DNA of 64,000 bases from an uncultured Halobacteriales archaeon. GTDB taxonomy: Archaea > Halobacteriota > Halobacteria > Halobacteriales > SKSH01. The position numbers were made by a program, and so were the translations under genes. The notes below the pieces were generated by a model. That model worked only from the letters and a program-made list of their open reading frames with translations, was not told the DNA's origin and ran no database searches. Shown here in pieces: positions 1-9,328 of the stretch (positions are counted from its first letter, which is position 1; each line of letters opens with the position of its first letter). Location: positions 6,666 through 70,665 of the forward strand of contig CAZCYF010000001.1 of NCBI GenBank assembly GCA_964502835.1. The letters are read 5' to 3'.

Positions 1-22
1 GGCACCGGAGGCCGAGCGGTGG

Positions 23-1213
23 GTGGCAACGGAGCACCGCTGGGTACCCCTCGGCGCGACCGCGTTCGACCCCGTCCGGGCGAGCGGCCCCGGGCACGCA
101 GCGGTCCTGCCGGACGACCCAGCGGCGCTCATCGACCGGTTGACGACGGCCGAGCACCGGCTCTGGCTCGGCGGGTATACCCTGTCCGAGCCGCGCGTCA
201 CCGAGGCGCTCCTCGAGGCCCACCGCCGTGGCGTCGACGTCCGCGTGCACCTCGAGGGTCGGCCCGTCGGCGGTATCGGCGAGCCGATGTACCAATCGCT
301 CGACCGCCTCGCGGCAGCGGCGATCCCGGTGACCGTCCACCGGGGGCCGTACGCGCGGTGGGGGTTCCACCACGCCAAGTATGCCGTCATCGACGACCAG
401 CTGGTGGTGACCACGGAGAACTGGAAGCCCTCGGGGATCGGTGGTCAGGCAAACCGGGGCTGGGGGATCGCGATCGCCAACGCGAGCCTGGCCGACGCGG
501 CCGCGGCGGTGTTCAGTGCCGACGCGGGCTGGCGCGACGCCCGCCCGTGGCCGGCGGCCCGCGAGGCGATCGAACCCGTCGACGTGGGGACCGCCGACGG
601 CGACTTTCGACGAGCCCACCCCGCGATCGATACCGAGGTGGACGCGGCCACCCTCGTCGTCGCCCCGGACCACGCCGAGGCCGTCCTCACCGAGGCGATC
701 GCCGCGGCCGAGCGGTCGGTCGACATCATCCAGGTCGATCTCGGTGGTCCCAACGTGCCGTTGGTGCGAGCCGCGCTGGATGCCGCACGGCGGGGCGCAT
801 CGGTACGGTTCCTGCTCTCGGGTGGGTGGGAGGTCCGCGAGGAGAACGAGGCCGTCGCCGCGGCGATTCGCGAACGCGCGGCCGAGCGCGACCTCGACGT
901 CGCGATTCAGTTGCGTGGAGCCAATGCACGGTTCGACCGAATCCACGCGAAGGGTGCCATCATCGACGGCGAGCGGGTCATTCTCGGATCGATCAACTGG
1001 AACAACCACTCGTTGCGCGAAAACCGCGAGCTGGCGCTGTTGATCGACGATCCGGAGGTTGCCGGATACTTCGCCGAGGTGTTCGAGGGTGACTGGCCGG
1101 GACCCGCCCGATATCAGCTCCATCTCGGCCTCGTCGGCGCGACGGTGCTCGTCGCCATCGCTGTCGCCTGGCACGCCCGTCGGCTCGAGATCCGCCCGGA
1201 CGAGGCCGTCTAG
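23..1213 (+). CDS. Phospholipase D (HKD) family protein with C-terminal membrane anchor, possibly 5'-partial
   Basis: Two HKD motifs are read in the translation: FHHAKYAVIDD (nt 365-397) and RIHAKGAIIDGERVILGSINWN (nt 938-1003). There is a hydrophobic C-terminal helix LGLVGATVLVAIAVAW. The track start at 23 is GTG and the frame stays open back to nt 2, so the true start may lie outside the window. Confidence 0.75.
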   Translation: MATEHRWVPLGATAFDPVRASGPGHAAVLPDDPAALIDRLTTAEHRLWLGGYTLSEPRVTEALLEAHRRGVDVRVHLEGRPVGGIGEPMYQSLDRLAAAAIPVTVHRGPYARWGFHHAKYAVIDDQLVVTTENWKPSGIGGQANRGWGIAIANASLADAAAAVFSADAGWRDARPWPAAREAIEPVDVGTADGDFRRAHPAIDTEVDAATLVVAPDHAEAVLTEAIAAAERSVDIIQVDLGGPNVPLVRAALDAARRGASVRFLLSGGWEVREENEAVAAAIRERAAERDLDVAIQLRGANARFDRIHAKGAIIDGERVILGSINWNNHSLRENRELALLIDDPEVAGYFAEVFEGDWPGPARYQLHLGLVGATVLVAIAVAWHARRLEIRPDEAV

Positions 1214-3066
1214 GCGGCCTCGGTGTCGGCGGCTCCGAGGCGGTCGATGAGCGACTCGAGGACCTCCTCCCGCCGACCGCCGACGAACCGGATCGACCCG
1301 ACGACGAGGTGCCCGCCGCCGCTGACGCCGCCACCCCGGATCGATTCCGTGAGGTCGGTCACGATGTCCGGGATGTCGAGGCGGACGCCGTCGCTGCGCA
1401 ACACCGCGAAGTCGCTGCCGTACCCGATGGTGATCGTGGGCGAGCCCTCACCCTCCTCCACGCGGCGGTCGTGAATCGCCGTGGTCGTCTTCCCGGGCGC
1501 GGGATAGATGTGGCGGTGAGCGTACTGATCGAGGTCGATCGTGTACAGGTCGGCACCGTTTTCGAGTTCGCGATGCTCGAGGTGGGGTACGGCCGCGGCG
1601 AGTTGCTCGTCGACCTCCGTGGCGGCCCGTTCGGCGAACAGCTCGACCACCCGTCGGTGGCGGTCCGGGTCGGCGCTACCGACGTCGAGGATGTCGTGCA
1701 TCAGGTGGCGGCCGGCGCGGTAGCGCAGCCAGTGGGCCGCGTAGTCGACGGCATCGGTCATCGCCTCCACCCACGCTGCGTCGCCACCGGCCAGCTCGAG
1801 GTAGTCGTCCATGACCGTCGCCTCGGATCGGTCCGCGGTACCGGCGAGTGCGGGCAGCTGCTCGACGTCATCGGACACCTCGGGATCGATCATCCGGGCC
1901 ACCTCAACGGCGAGCATCGCCGTCGTCACCCGGTAATCCTCGTCGACGAGGTACGGGTTGACGTGGGCGTCCAGGTGCGCGTCGACGACCTCGGGGTCCG
2001 GGAAGTGATGGTCGATCGTGATGACCGAGAGGCCGTAATTCGTCAGCGTCTCGATGGCCGGCAGGTCCTCGGCCGTCGATCCGTTGTCGAGCATCAACAC
2101 GAGCGGCAGGCGCTGGCCGTGGCGGTCGCGTTCCTCGAGGGCGCGATCGAGGTCACGGGTCGCGTCGGCCATCTCGTAAAACGGCGCCTTGCTCGGGAGC
2201 CGGCGGGTGAGATACCGCGAGGCGTCCGGATCGCCGTGGATGTCGTCGGCGAAGGACTCGATCGCCAGCTGGAGCGGAACGCTCGCACAGATGCCGTCCA
2301 CGTCGGCGTGGTGGCGAATCCGTACGGGGCGGCCCGTCAGAATCGCCCGGCGGATGCGCTCGGCCACGTCGCGCAGGTCCGGCCAGAGGGTGTCGAGGGC
2401 GTCCCACTCGACGAGCGCGTCGATGGTCGGTGGGCTCGCCGCCGCGTCGAGTGCGGTCTCGACCTCGTCCGCGGCCGCCGCCAGCTCGTCGCCCTCGAGC
2501 ACGGCGAGGCGCTCCGATTCGATCTGGATGGTGCCGTCGTAGCGCTGGACGGTCCCCTCCACGGCGATGTGATCGTCGATCTCAACCTCGGGATGGGCCC
2601 GCACGCCCGCCCCATCGAAGGCGGCGACGGTCGCGATCCCGTCGCCCGTGGTCACGTGAAACAGGGTCGGGCCGCTCGTTTGCTTGATCTGCGTGACCGA
2701 TCCGCGGAGGCTGACCTCCCGATCGACGTGCTCGTCGAGCGTGCTCGCGGTGACGGGCTCGCGTTCGGTCGGCTCCGGTGCGGGCGGCTCGAGGTCTTCG
2801 CGGGGGAGAAACGACACGTCGCCATCGTCGCGGATGCGATCGAGCTCGACGACCATGCGGTCGCCGACGGCATACGTACCCGTGAGGTTTGATTCGTGGA
2901 CGAGTCCCGAGACGGTCTCGTTGAGGTCGACGAAGACACCGTACTCGACGATCCCATTGATCGTGGCGACGTACGGGGTGTCGGGTTCGATGTCCTCGGC
3001 GGTGGCCGACTCGGGCAGCGTGGCCGGTTCGGCCGTTTCGTCGTCCACCGCTGGTTCGGTGGTCAT
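1210..3066 (-). CDS. RecJ-like DHH-family phosphoesterase with N-terminal S1 and OB-fold domains
   Basis: S1-like segment INGIVEYGVFVDLNETVSGLVHESNL, followed by an OB-fold-like segment, then DHH-domain motifs (HHADVDGICA, MLDNGST, ITIDHHFPD). The track start at 3102 is GTG. I prefer the ATG at 3066 (MTTEPAV), which leaves a 90-nt divergent spacer. Confidence 0.8.
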   Translation of the reverse strand: MTTEPAVDDETAEPATLPESATAEDIEPDTPYVATINGIVEYGVFVDLNETVSGLVHESNLTGTYAVGDRMVVELDRIRDDGDVSFLPREDLEPPAPEPTEREPVTASTLDEHVDREVSLRGSVTQIKQTSGPTLFHVTTGDGIATVAAFDGAGVRAHPEVEIDDHIAVEGTVQRYDGTIQIESERLAVLEGDELAAAADEVETALDAAASPPTIDALVEWDALDTLWPDLRDVAERIRRAILTGRPVRIRHHADVDGICASVPLQLAIESFADDIHGDPDASRYLTRRLPSKAPFYEMADATRDLDRALEERDRHGQRLPLVLMLDNGSTAEDLPAIETLTNYGLSVITIDHHFPDPEVVDAHLDAHVNPYLVDEDYRVTTAMLAVEVARMIDPEVSDDVEQLPALAGTADRSEATVMDDYLELAGGDAAWVEAMTDAVDYAAHWLRYRAGRHLMHDILDVGSADPDRHRRVVELFAERAATEVDEQLAAAVPHLEHRELENGADLYTIDLDQYAHRHIYPAPGKTTTAIHDRRVEEGEGSPTITIGYGSDFAVLRSDGVRLDIPDIVTDLTESIRGGGVSGGGHLVVGSIRFVGGRREEVLESLIDRLGAADTEAA

Positions 3067-3156
3067 CTGTGCGGTTTGGTAGGCAAGCGTGCCGTTTAAC
3101 ACCTTTCGATGGCGTCCGGAACGTTTAGCACGTCCATCGCGCTAGCACCCGCGTAG

Positions 3157-3654
3157 ATGGGCCTGTTCGATGCGTTGTTCCGGCCGGCAGAGGTCGCCGG
3201 GATCGCGAAGGAGACGATTGCGTTCGCCAGAGAGAGCGCACAGGCCACCCACCCGGACGAGTACATGGGGATGCTCCGGGGCACGCCCGCCAGCGACCTC
3301 GGCCTCGATCGCGACGGTCAGGTCATCACCGACGTGCTGGTCATCCCCGGCACGACCTCGAGCCCGTCGTCGGCGACGGTCAAGTCCTTCCTCGTCCCGA
3401 ACGACGTCCGGTCGCTCGGGTCGATTCACTCCCATCCAAACGGCGTGTTGCGCCCGAGCGACGCGGACGTCCGGACGTTCGGCTCGGGCGTTGTACACGT
3501 GATTCTCGGCCATCCCTACGGCCCCGACGACTGGCGGGCCTTCGATCACGAGGGGGAGCCGACGACCCTCGAGGTTCTTGACGTCGACGTGCCGGATCCG
3601 GAGGGGTTTTTCGACTTTACCCAGGCCGACCTCGACCGGGAGCGCCACCGATGA
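3157..3654 (+). CDS. JAMM/MPN+ metalloprotease (desampylase-type)
   Basis: JAMM motif [14 protein letters not shown] with an upstream acidic EYMGML segment. The roughly 165-aa single-domain size matches archaeal JAMM proteins. ATG verified at 3157. Confidence 0.8.
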   Translation: MGLFDALFRPAEVAGIAKETIAFARESAQATHPDEYMGMLRGTPASDLGLDRDGQVITDVLVIPGTTSSPSSATVKSFLVPNDVRSLGSIHSHPNGVLRPSDADVRTFGSGVVHVILGHPYGPDDWRAFDHEGEPTTLEVLDVDVPDPEGFFDFTQADLDRERHR

Positions 3655-4085
3655 CCGACGACGACCGGCTCGTCGTGGCCCAGGGAACCTTCGATCTGCT
3701 CCACCCGGGACACGTGCATTATCTGGAAGCGTCCGCCGCACTCGGTGACCACCTGGTGGTCATCGTCTCGCGGTCGGGCAACGTCGACCACAAGGAGACC
3801 CCGCTGTTGCCAGCCTCACAACGCCGGGACGTCCTCGGCGCCCTCGAGGCCGTCGATGAGGCCAGACTGGGCCATCCCTCGGACATCTTCGTCCCGGTCG
3901 AGGACCTCCGACCGGACGTCATCACCCTCGGTTTCGACCAACACCACGACGAGGACGCGATCGCGGCCGAGCTCGACGCACGGGGGATCGACTGCGAGGT
4001 CGTCCGCGTTGGCCCCCGTGCGGCCGAAGAGGGCGTCTACTCGACGAGCGACATCGTCGACCTGATCCTCGAGCGCTACGGCTGA
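3651..4085 (+). CDS. ribL: FAD synthase (archaeal RibL-type cytidylyl/adenylyltransferase)
   Basis: Nucleotidyltransferase signature [14 protein letters not shown]. About 144 aa. Its ATG overlaps the JAMM stop (ATGA at 3651-3654). Confidence 0.7.
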   Translation: MTDDDRLVVAQGTFDLLHPGHVHYLEASAALGDHLVVIVSRSGNVDHKETPLLPASQRRDVLGALEAVDEARLGHPSDIFVPVEDLRPDVITLGFDQHHDEDAIAAELDARGIDCEVVRVGPRAAEEGVYSTSDIVDLILERYG

Positions 4086-4489
4086 CGCCCGAGCGTCTCG
4101 TGGAGATCGACCGCCGCCTCGACCGCCCGCGCGCCGTAGTCGACCCGATCGGCGGCTTCCTCGGCGGTCATGCCCGGCCCGGTAACGCCCAGGGTGACCG
4201 GCGTGTCGCGGGTGCGTGCCACCGCCTGCAGCTGCTGGGCGGTCGCGTGTCCGATGACCGTGTCGTGGTCGGTATCGCCCGCGATGATCGCGCCGATGAC
4301 GGCGACGGCATCGACGTCCTCGCGCCGGGCGAGGCGATCGGCAGCGAGCACCGTATCGAACACCCCGGGGACCTCGATGGTGTCGACGACCGTGGCGTCG
4401 GCCCCCTCGGCGGCCGCCAGGGCCCGATCGACCATCCGATCCACCAGCGGGCCGTGAAACGTGGCGACCACGAGGGCGAGTTTGACCAT
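4076..4489 (-). CDS. ribH: 6,7-dimethyl-8-ribityllumazine synthase
   Basis: Full-length match by eye to the archaeal lumazine synthase pattern (VVATFH..., [22 protein letters not shown]). ATG verified at 4487-4489. Confidence 0.9.
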   Translation of the reverse strand: MVKLALVVATFHGPLVDRMVDRALAAAEGADATVVDTIEVPGVFDTVLAADRLARREDVDAVAVIGAIIAGDTDHDTVIGHATAQQLQAVARTRDTPVTLGVTGPGMTAEEAADRVDYGARAVEAAVDLHETLGRQP

Positions 4490-4576
4490 GTCGCCCCGGC
4501 GCGCGCGGTCGACTAATGGGTGACGGTCGACGCGGTCCCGACGGTTTTTCTACCCCTCACCCCCTCCACCAGCGCG

Positions 4577-6262
4577 ATGGCCCTGTCCACTCCGTCGCGG
4601 TCCCGCAACTGGACGGTGTACGCCCTCCTCGCCATCGTGGCGCTGGCGCTCCTCATCCGGTTGATCGGCCTCGGCGACCGGATGGCCCACTTCGACGAGG
4701 CGCGGGTCGCACACGACGCCATCCGGTATCACAAGGGTGGCATCTGGTACTACGAGCCCGTGGTGCATGGGCCGTTTCTCCCCAAGCTGAACAACCTGCT
4801 GTTCGAGGTGCTCGATCCGACCGATACGACCATCCGGCTGGTCGCCGCGGTGCTTGGCGGCCTCGCACCGTTGGCCGCGTGGCTCTTTCGGGAGCACCTC
4901 CGCCAGGAGGAGCTCCTCGCGTTCGCCACCTTGCTCGCGGTGAACCCGATTCTGCTGTATTACTCGCGGTTTATGCGCAACGACGTTCCCCTCGCCGTCG
5001 TCATGCTGGTCGTCCTCGGGTTGATCGTGCGCGCGTACGACACCGGGCGGTCGTGGTACCTCTACCCGATCGGGCTGTTGGCGGCCCTCGGGTTAACCAT
5101 GAAGGGCAACGCGATCCTGTATCCGGTCGCGTGGCTCGGTGCAGCGGCGGTCCTCGGGTATCTCCGGTATATCGGCGGCGACCCCCTCCCCACTCTCGAG
5201 CCGTTCCTGAACCCTGACCGACGACGCGCGGCCATGCGATCGCTGTACGGGCGGCTCCGCCCCTGGCTGCGTGACGGCCTCGGCGCGACGATCGTCGGCA
5301 TGGCGGTCCTGGCGGTCATGTATGCCCCCCGCGGTCCATCTGAACTGTCGCTCACGGACGTGTTGACCGATCCGACCACCCTGCCAGCCTATCTCGAGGG
5401 GTCGGTCGTGTACGCGGTGAACGAGACGATCGACTACTGGGTCTACAGCGGGAGCACTGACACCCCCTATCTCTCGTTCCTCTGGGACTATCTGGAGACG
5501 TTGCAAGCTGGTGGGTTGGTCGTGGGCGTGTTCGCCCTCGTTGGCTTCCTCGCGGTCCACATCGGCACCCGTCGACCTCGCGGGTTGGTCGTCTTCGCCA
5601 CGGCCTGGGGCGTGGCGAGCGTTGTGGGCTATCCCGTCGCGGCCGACATCCAGGCGCCCTGGTTGACCGTCCACGCCGTCGTGCCGCTGGCTATCCCGGC
5701 CGGCGTCGGCCTCGGGTTCGCCGCCCGCACCGCGCTCGACAGCGTCAGTGATGCGGACTGGATCGATGCCGCCCTGGCCGGGATGGTGTTGCTGGCCGCG
5801 ACTGGCCTCGTCGTGATGCCGGCGGTCACCCACGTATACGCCCAGCCGGCCGGCGAGGACAACGAACTCGCCCAGTACGCCCAGCCTGGCGGCGACTGGG
5901 GTGATACGATCGACCGGCTCCAGGAGCTGGCCCGTGAGAACGAAGCGGGAGCGGACGTGTTGTTCGTCGGTGAGAAGTATGCCGTGTTCAACGAGTCCGA
6001 GGCCGACCTCAAGCCGGCACCCAGCGGCTGGTACGATCGCCTACCGTTACCCTGGTACATCGAGGCCGCCGACGGCGTTCCCGATAGTGACGCCTCCGCG
6101 CCGGCCGTCGACGCGACGTTCGAAAACGAGTCGCCCCCCGTCGTGATCGTCGATTCGCCGAACCGGCACCTCGTGACCCCCTACGTGGACGAGTATGAGC
6201 ATCGCATCCACCTGATGCGACTGTGGAACACCGAGGTGCACGTCTACCTCGCCCGGACCTGA
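4577..6262 (+). CDS. Polytopic membrane protein, GT-C/TIGR03663-like (Agl23-like dolichol-glycan associated protein)
   Basis: Many TM helices and an N-terminal pattern (LLIRLIGLGDRMAHFDEARVAHDA...YYEPVVHGPF) that I recall from the TIGR03663 family. The track start at 4520 is GTG. The ATG at 4577 is preferred but uncertain. Confidence 0.65.
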   Translation: MALSTPSRSRNWTVYALLAIVALALLIRLIGLGDRMAHFDEARVAHDAIRYHKGGIWYYEPVVHGPFLPKLNNLLFEVLDPTDTTIRLVAAVLGGLAPLAAWLFREHLRQEELLAFATLLAVNPILLYYSRFMRNDVPLAVVMLVVLGLIVRAYDTGRSWYLYPIGLLAALGLTMKGNAILYPVAWLGAAAVLGYLRYIGGDPLPTLEPFLNPDRRRAAMRSLYGRLRPWLRDGLGATIVGMAVLAVMYAPRGPSELSLTDVLTDPTTLPAYLEGSVVYAVNETIDYWVYSGSTDTPYLSFLWDYLETLQAGGLVVGVFALVGFLAVHIGTRRPRGLVVFATAWGVASVVGYPVAADIQAPWLTVHAVVPLAIPAGVGLGFAARTALDSVSDADWIDAALAGMVLLAATGLVVMPAVTHVYAQPAGEDNELAQYAQPGGDWGDTIDRLQELARENEAGADVLFVGEKYAVFNESEADLKPAPSGWYDRLPLPWYIEAADGVPDSDASAPAVDATFENESPPVVIVDSPNRHLVTPYVDEYEHRIHLMRLWNTEVHVYLART

Positions 6263-6270
6263 TTCCGCCC

Positions 6271-6279
6271 GGTATATGG
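6271..6279 (+). promoter_or_regulatory. TATA-like element upstream of purK
   Basis: GGTATATGG lies about 27 nt upstream of the ATG at 6303, consistent with a leaderless haloarchaeal transcript. Confidence 0.3.
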
Positions 6280-6302
6280 TCGTTCCCACCAATCACCCGG
6301 GC

Positions 6303-7460
6303 ATGTCCGTCGACACGAGCCTGCCGGGGCCGACCCTCGGCGTGGTCGGGGGCGGTCAGCTCGGTCGCATGCTGGCGGAGGCGGCCAGCCCGCTCGGCGT
6401 TGACGTGATCGTCCTCGATCCGACGCCGGACTGTCCCGCCAGCCGGACGGCCACGGAACAGATCGTCGCCGACTTCGACGATGCCGCGGCGATCGCCGAC
6501 CTCGGCGAGCGCGTCGACCGGCTCACGCTCGAGATCGAACTCGCCGACCCCGAGGGGCTCAGCCAGGCACCGGTGCCGGTCGAGCCGGCTCCCGCCACGC
6601 TGGCCACGATCAAGGACAAGCTCACCCAGATGGAGACGTTCGCCGCCAACGGGGTGCCCCTGCCGTCGTTCACGCCCGTCGACGATGTCGACGATCTCCG
6701 GGGCGCCCTGGCCGAGTTGGGGTCGCCCGTCATGCTCAAGGCCCGAACCGGCGGGTACGACGGCCGGGGAAACGTTCCCGTCCACGAAACGGACGACCTC
6801 GAGCACGCCATCGAGGCGGTCGGCGGGCCTGCCATGGCCGAGGCGTTCGTCCCCTTCGAACGTGAGCTGGCGGTGATCGCCACCCGCGGGGTCGACGGGG
6901 TGACGGTCCATGAGGTGACCGAAACGATCCACGAAGAGGAGATCCTCCGTGAGACCGTTGCGCCGGCCAGGGCCGAGCCGGCCGTGCGCGATCGCGCCAG
7001 AGACGTTGCCCGGCAGGCACTCGACACGCTGACGGGCCGTGGCGTGTTCGGCATCGAACTGTTCGAAGCGCCAGACGGCGAGGTGTTGCTCAACGAGGTG
7101 GCACCCCGCCCGCACAACTCCGGCCACTGGACCATCGAGGGGGCGGTCACCTCCCAGTTCGAGCAACACGTCAGGGCGGTGCTCGGCTGGCCCCTCGGGG
7201 CGACCGACCGCGTCCATGAGACGGTCGTCACGACGAACGTGCTCGGCCAAGTGGACCGCCCGAGGCGGGCTCGGTTGACCGGCGTGGGTGACGTGCTCGC
7301 GGCGGAGCGGGCACACCTCCACTGGTACGGCAAGCGGGAGGTCCGCCCGCTTCGCAAGATGGGCCACGTCACCGTGACCGCCGCACAGACAGCACCCGCG
7401 GCCACGCTCGACCGGGCACGGACCCTGCGCGGCGCCCTCGACTTCGCCACGGAACGCTAG
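6303..7460 (+). CDS. purK: N5-carboxyaminoimidazole ribonucleotide synthase
   Basis: ATP-grasp protein with N-terminal GVVGGGQLGRMLA, plus NEVAPRPHNSGH and a C-terminal KMGHVT motif. An alternative upstream ATG exists at 6276. Confidence 0.9.
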   Translation: MSVDTSLPGPTLGVVGGGQLGRMLAEAASPLGVDVIVLDPTPDCPASRTATEQIVADFDDAAAIADLGERVDRLTLEIELADPEGLSQAPVPVEPAPATLATIKDKLTQMETFAANGVPLPSFTPVDDVDDLRGALAELGSPVMLKARTGGYDGRGNVPVHETDDLEHAIEAVGGPAMAEAFVPFERELAVIATRGVDGVTVHEVTETIHEEEILRETVAPARAEPAVRDRARDVARQALDTLTGRGVFGIELFEAPDGEVLLNEVAPRPHNSGHWTIEGAVTSQFEQHVRAVLGWPLGATDRVHETVVTTNVLGQVDRPRRARLTGVGDVLAAERAHLHWYGKREVRPLRKMGHVTVTAAQTAPAATLDRARTLRGALDFATER

Positions 7461-7491
7461 CCTTACGGCACCGCCACCGGAGGGTATTCGT

Positions 7492-8127
7492 ATGCACCGT
7501 GACGAGCGCGACCTCATCGACGCCCTTGAGGCCGAGGCGTCGGCCGAGCGCGACCCCGCGGCCACGCCGGACGTCGGGATCATCATGGGCAGCGACTCCG
7601 ACCTGGAGGTGATGATGACCGGGGGCGACCGCCCGGGCGCCTACGACGCGTTGGTCGACGACCTCGGGTTCGCCGAGGTGACCGATTACGACGATCCACC
7701 AGCCGCGGACTACACCTTCGAGACCTACGTCGTCTCGGCCCACCGGACGCCCGACCTGATGTACACCTACGCGGCGACGGCCGCAGACCGCGGGCTGTCG
7801 GTCATCATCGCCGGGGCCGGCGGGAAGTCCGCCGACCTGCCCAACATGACGGCCTCGATCGCCCATCCCCTCCCGGTGATCGGCGTCCCCGTTCAGGAGA
7901 AGTCCGTCCCCTCGGTCATCGGCATGCCTCACGGCGCGCCCATCGTCGCCGTCGATGCCGGCAAATCCTACAACGCGGCGCTGTTCGCCGCCCAGGTCCT
8001 CGCCGTCGACGACCCGGCGTTGCGCGACCGGCTCGCCACCGTCCACGAGGAGCAAGCCGGCGCGGTCGCCCGCACGAGCGCCGACGTGCACGCCCGGGGG
8101 ACGCAGGCCTTCCGCGAGTCGCGTTAG
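7492..8127 (+). CDS. purE: N5-carboxyaminoimidazole ribonucleotide mutase
   Basis: GIIMGSDSD ... VVSAHRTPD ... IIAGAGG ... VIGVPV motifs. It carries an acidic insertion of about 20 aa relative to bacterial PurE as I remember it. Confidence 0.9.
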   Translation: MHRDERDLIDALEAEASAERDPAATPDVGIIMGSDSDLEVMMTGGDRPGAYDALVDDLGFAEVTDYDDPPAADYTFETYVVSAHRTPDLMYTYAATAADRGLSVIIAGAGGKSADLPNMTASIAHPLPVIGVPVQEKSVPSVIGMPHGAPIVAVDAGKSYNAALFAAQVLAVDDPALRDRLATVHEEQAGAVARTSADVHARGTQAFRESR

Positions 8128-8180
8128 CCCCGTACCGCCCGAATTCCGCATCGTTGGGGGTTCTGGGGCAAGAATACAAC

Positions 8181-8190
8181 CCTTATATGG
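8181..8190 (+). promoter_or_regulatory. TATA-like element of the nuo operon promoter
   Basis: CCTTATATGG is the only AT-rich element in the 98-nt spacer. It sits about 40 nt upstream of the nuoA ATG at 8226. Confidence 0.4.
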
Positions 8191-8225
8191 ATGGCTCCTA
8201 AACGTCCGATCGTACGGAGCTCCAC

Positions 8226-8633
8226 ATGAACGATTGGATCGCAATCGCGGCCTTCGCGTTGATCGCGACGCTCGTTCCCGTCGGCATGGTCGCCGCCTCC
8301 TGGCTCATCCGGCCGTCGGTTCCGGAACCGGGGAAACGGACCGTCTTCGAGAGCGGCGAGATTCCTACCGGGTCGACCCGAATCCGGTTCAACATTCAGT
8401 ACTACATGGTCGCGCTCCTGTTCGTCGTCTTCGACATCGAGACGGTCCTCCTGTTCCCCTGGGCGCTCGTCTACACGGACGCCATCGAGCAGGTCGGCCT
8501 GATGCGCGCGCTGGTGCCGATGCTCGGGTTCGTCGCGATTCTCCTGATGGGGCTGCTCTGGGCGTGGCGAAACGGGGCGGTCACCTGGGCTGCCAGTCCC
8601 CGAGCCAAACGAGAGGGTGAGCACACACCATGA
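8226..8633 (+). CDS. nuoA: NADH-quinone oxidoreductase subunit A
   Basis: Three-TM protein with the conserved YESGE-like ...FESGEIP... and FDIE motifs. First gene of the nuo string. Confidence 0.9.
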   Translation: MNDWIAIAAFALIATLVPVGMVAASWLIRPSVPEPGKRTVFESGEIPTGSTRIRFNIQYYMVALLFVVFDIETVLLFPWALVYTDAIEQVGLMRALVPMLGFVAILLMGLLWAWRNGAVTWAASPRAKREGEHTP

Positions 8634-9328
8634 GTACCGATCAACTATCCGACACCGACCGAGACGTACTGGACAAGACCCGCGAGGCCCGCAGTGGAGA
8701 GGGACTCGACGATCGATTCAACTCACGGCTGCGCGAACGGGTGGGATCGAGCCCGTTCATCCTCACCAAGTTCGACAAGTTCATGAACTGGGTGCGTGGG
8801 TCGTCGATGTTCATCCTCCAGTTCGGCATCGCGTGTTGCAGCCTCGAGATGATCCACACGATGATGATCAAACACGACTCGGACCGGTTCGGCGTGGGCG
8901 TGCCGCGCGCCTCGCCACGGCAGGCCGATCTCATCATCGTCCCGGGGACGATCGTCTCGAAGTTTGCCCCGCGGATGAAGCGGGTCTACGACCAGATGCC
9001 CGAGCCCAAGTTCGTCGTCGGGATGGGCTCGTGTACCATCTCCGGCGGTCCCTTCCAGGAGGGGTACAACGTCGTCAAGGGGGCCGAGGAGGTGATCCCG
9101 GTCGACATCCACGTGCCGGGGTGTCCCCCGCGTCCCGAGGCGTTGATCTACGGCATCACGAAGCTGCAAGAGCGGGTGGCCAACGGCGAATCCAGCCCGG
9201 TCGTCGTCAAGCCGTACGAGCTCGAGCGCTTCGGTGATCTCGAACAGGACGAGGTGATCGACCAGCTCGCCGACCGGATCGACGAGGACGCCCTCACGAT
9301 GCGGTACAACTGGGCTGATTCACCATGA
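8630..9328 (+). CDS. nuoB: NADH-quinone oxidoreductase subunit B
   Basis: FGIACCSLEM, GSCTISGGPF and VPGCPPRPE cluster-N2 cysteine motifs. ATGA overlap with nuoA. Confidence 0.95.
   Translation: MSTDQLSDTDRDVLDKTREARSGEGLDDRFNSRLRERVGSSPFILTKFDKFMNWVRGSSMFILQFGIACCSLEMIHTMMIKHDSDRFGVGVPRASPRQADLIIVPGTIVSKFAPRMKRVYDQMPEPKFVVGMGSCTISGGPFQEGYNVVKGAEEVIPVDIHVPGCPPRPEALIYGITKLQERVANGESSPVVVKPYELERFGDLEQDEVIDQLADRIDEDALTMRYNWADSP

Noticed and set aside
6009-7586. 525-aa minus-strand ORF across purK
   Set aside because: It is antisense to purK and shows arginine/glycine/proline-rich shadow composition. The same reasoning applies to 1309-2892 (+), 36658-37752 (+), 44806-46098 (+), 57849-59111 (+), 25708-26397 (+) and 53438-54214 (+).
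7590-7720. Extra acidic segment in PurE, considered as an intein or mobile insertion
   Set aside because: It adds only about 20 residues, has no intein splice-junction motifs, and its composition is typical of halophile surface-loop expansions.
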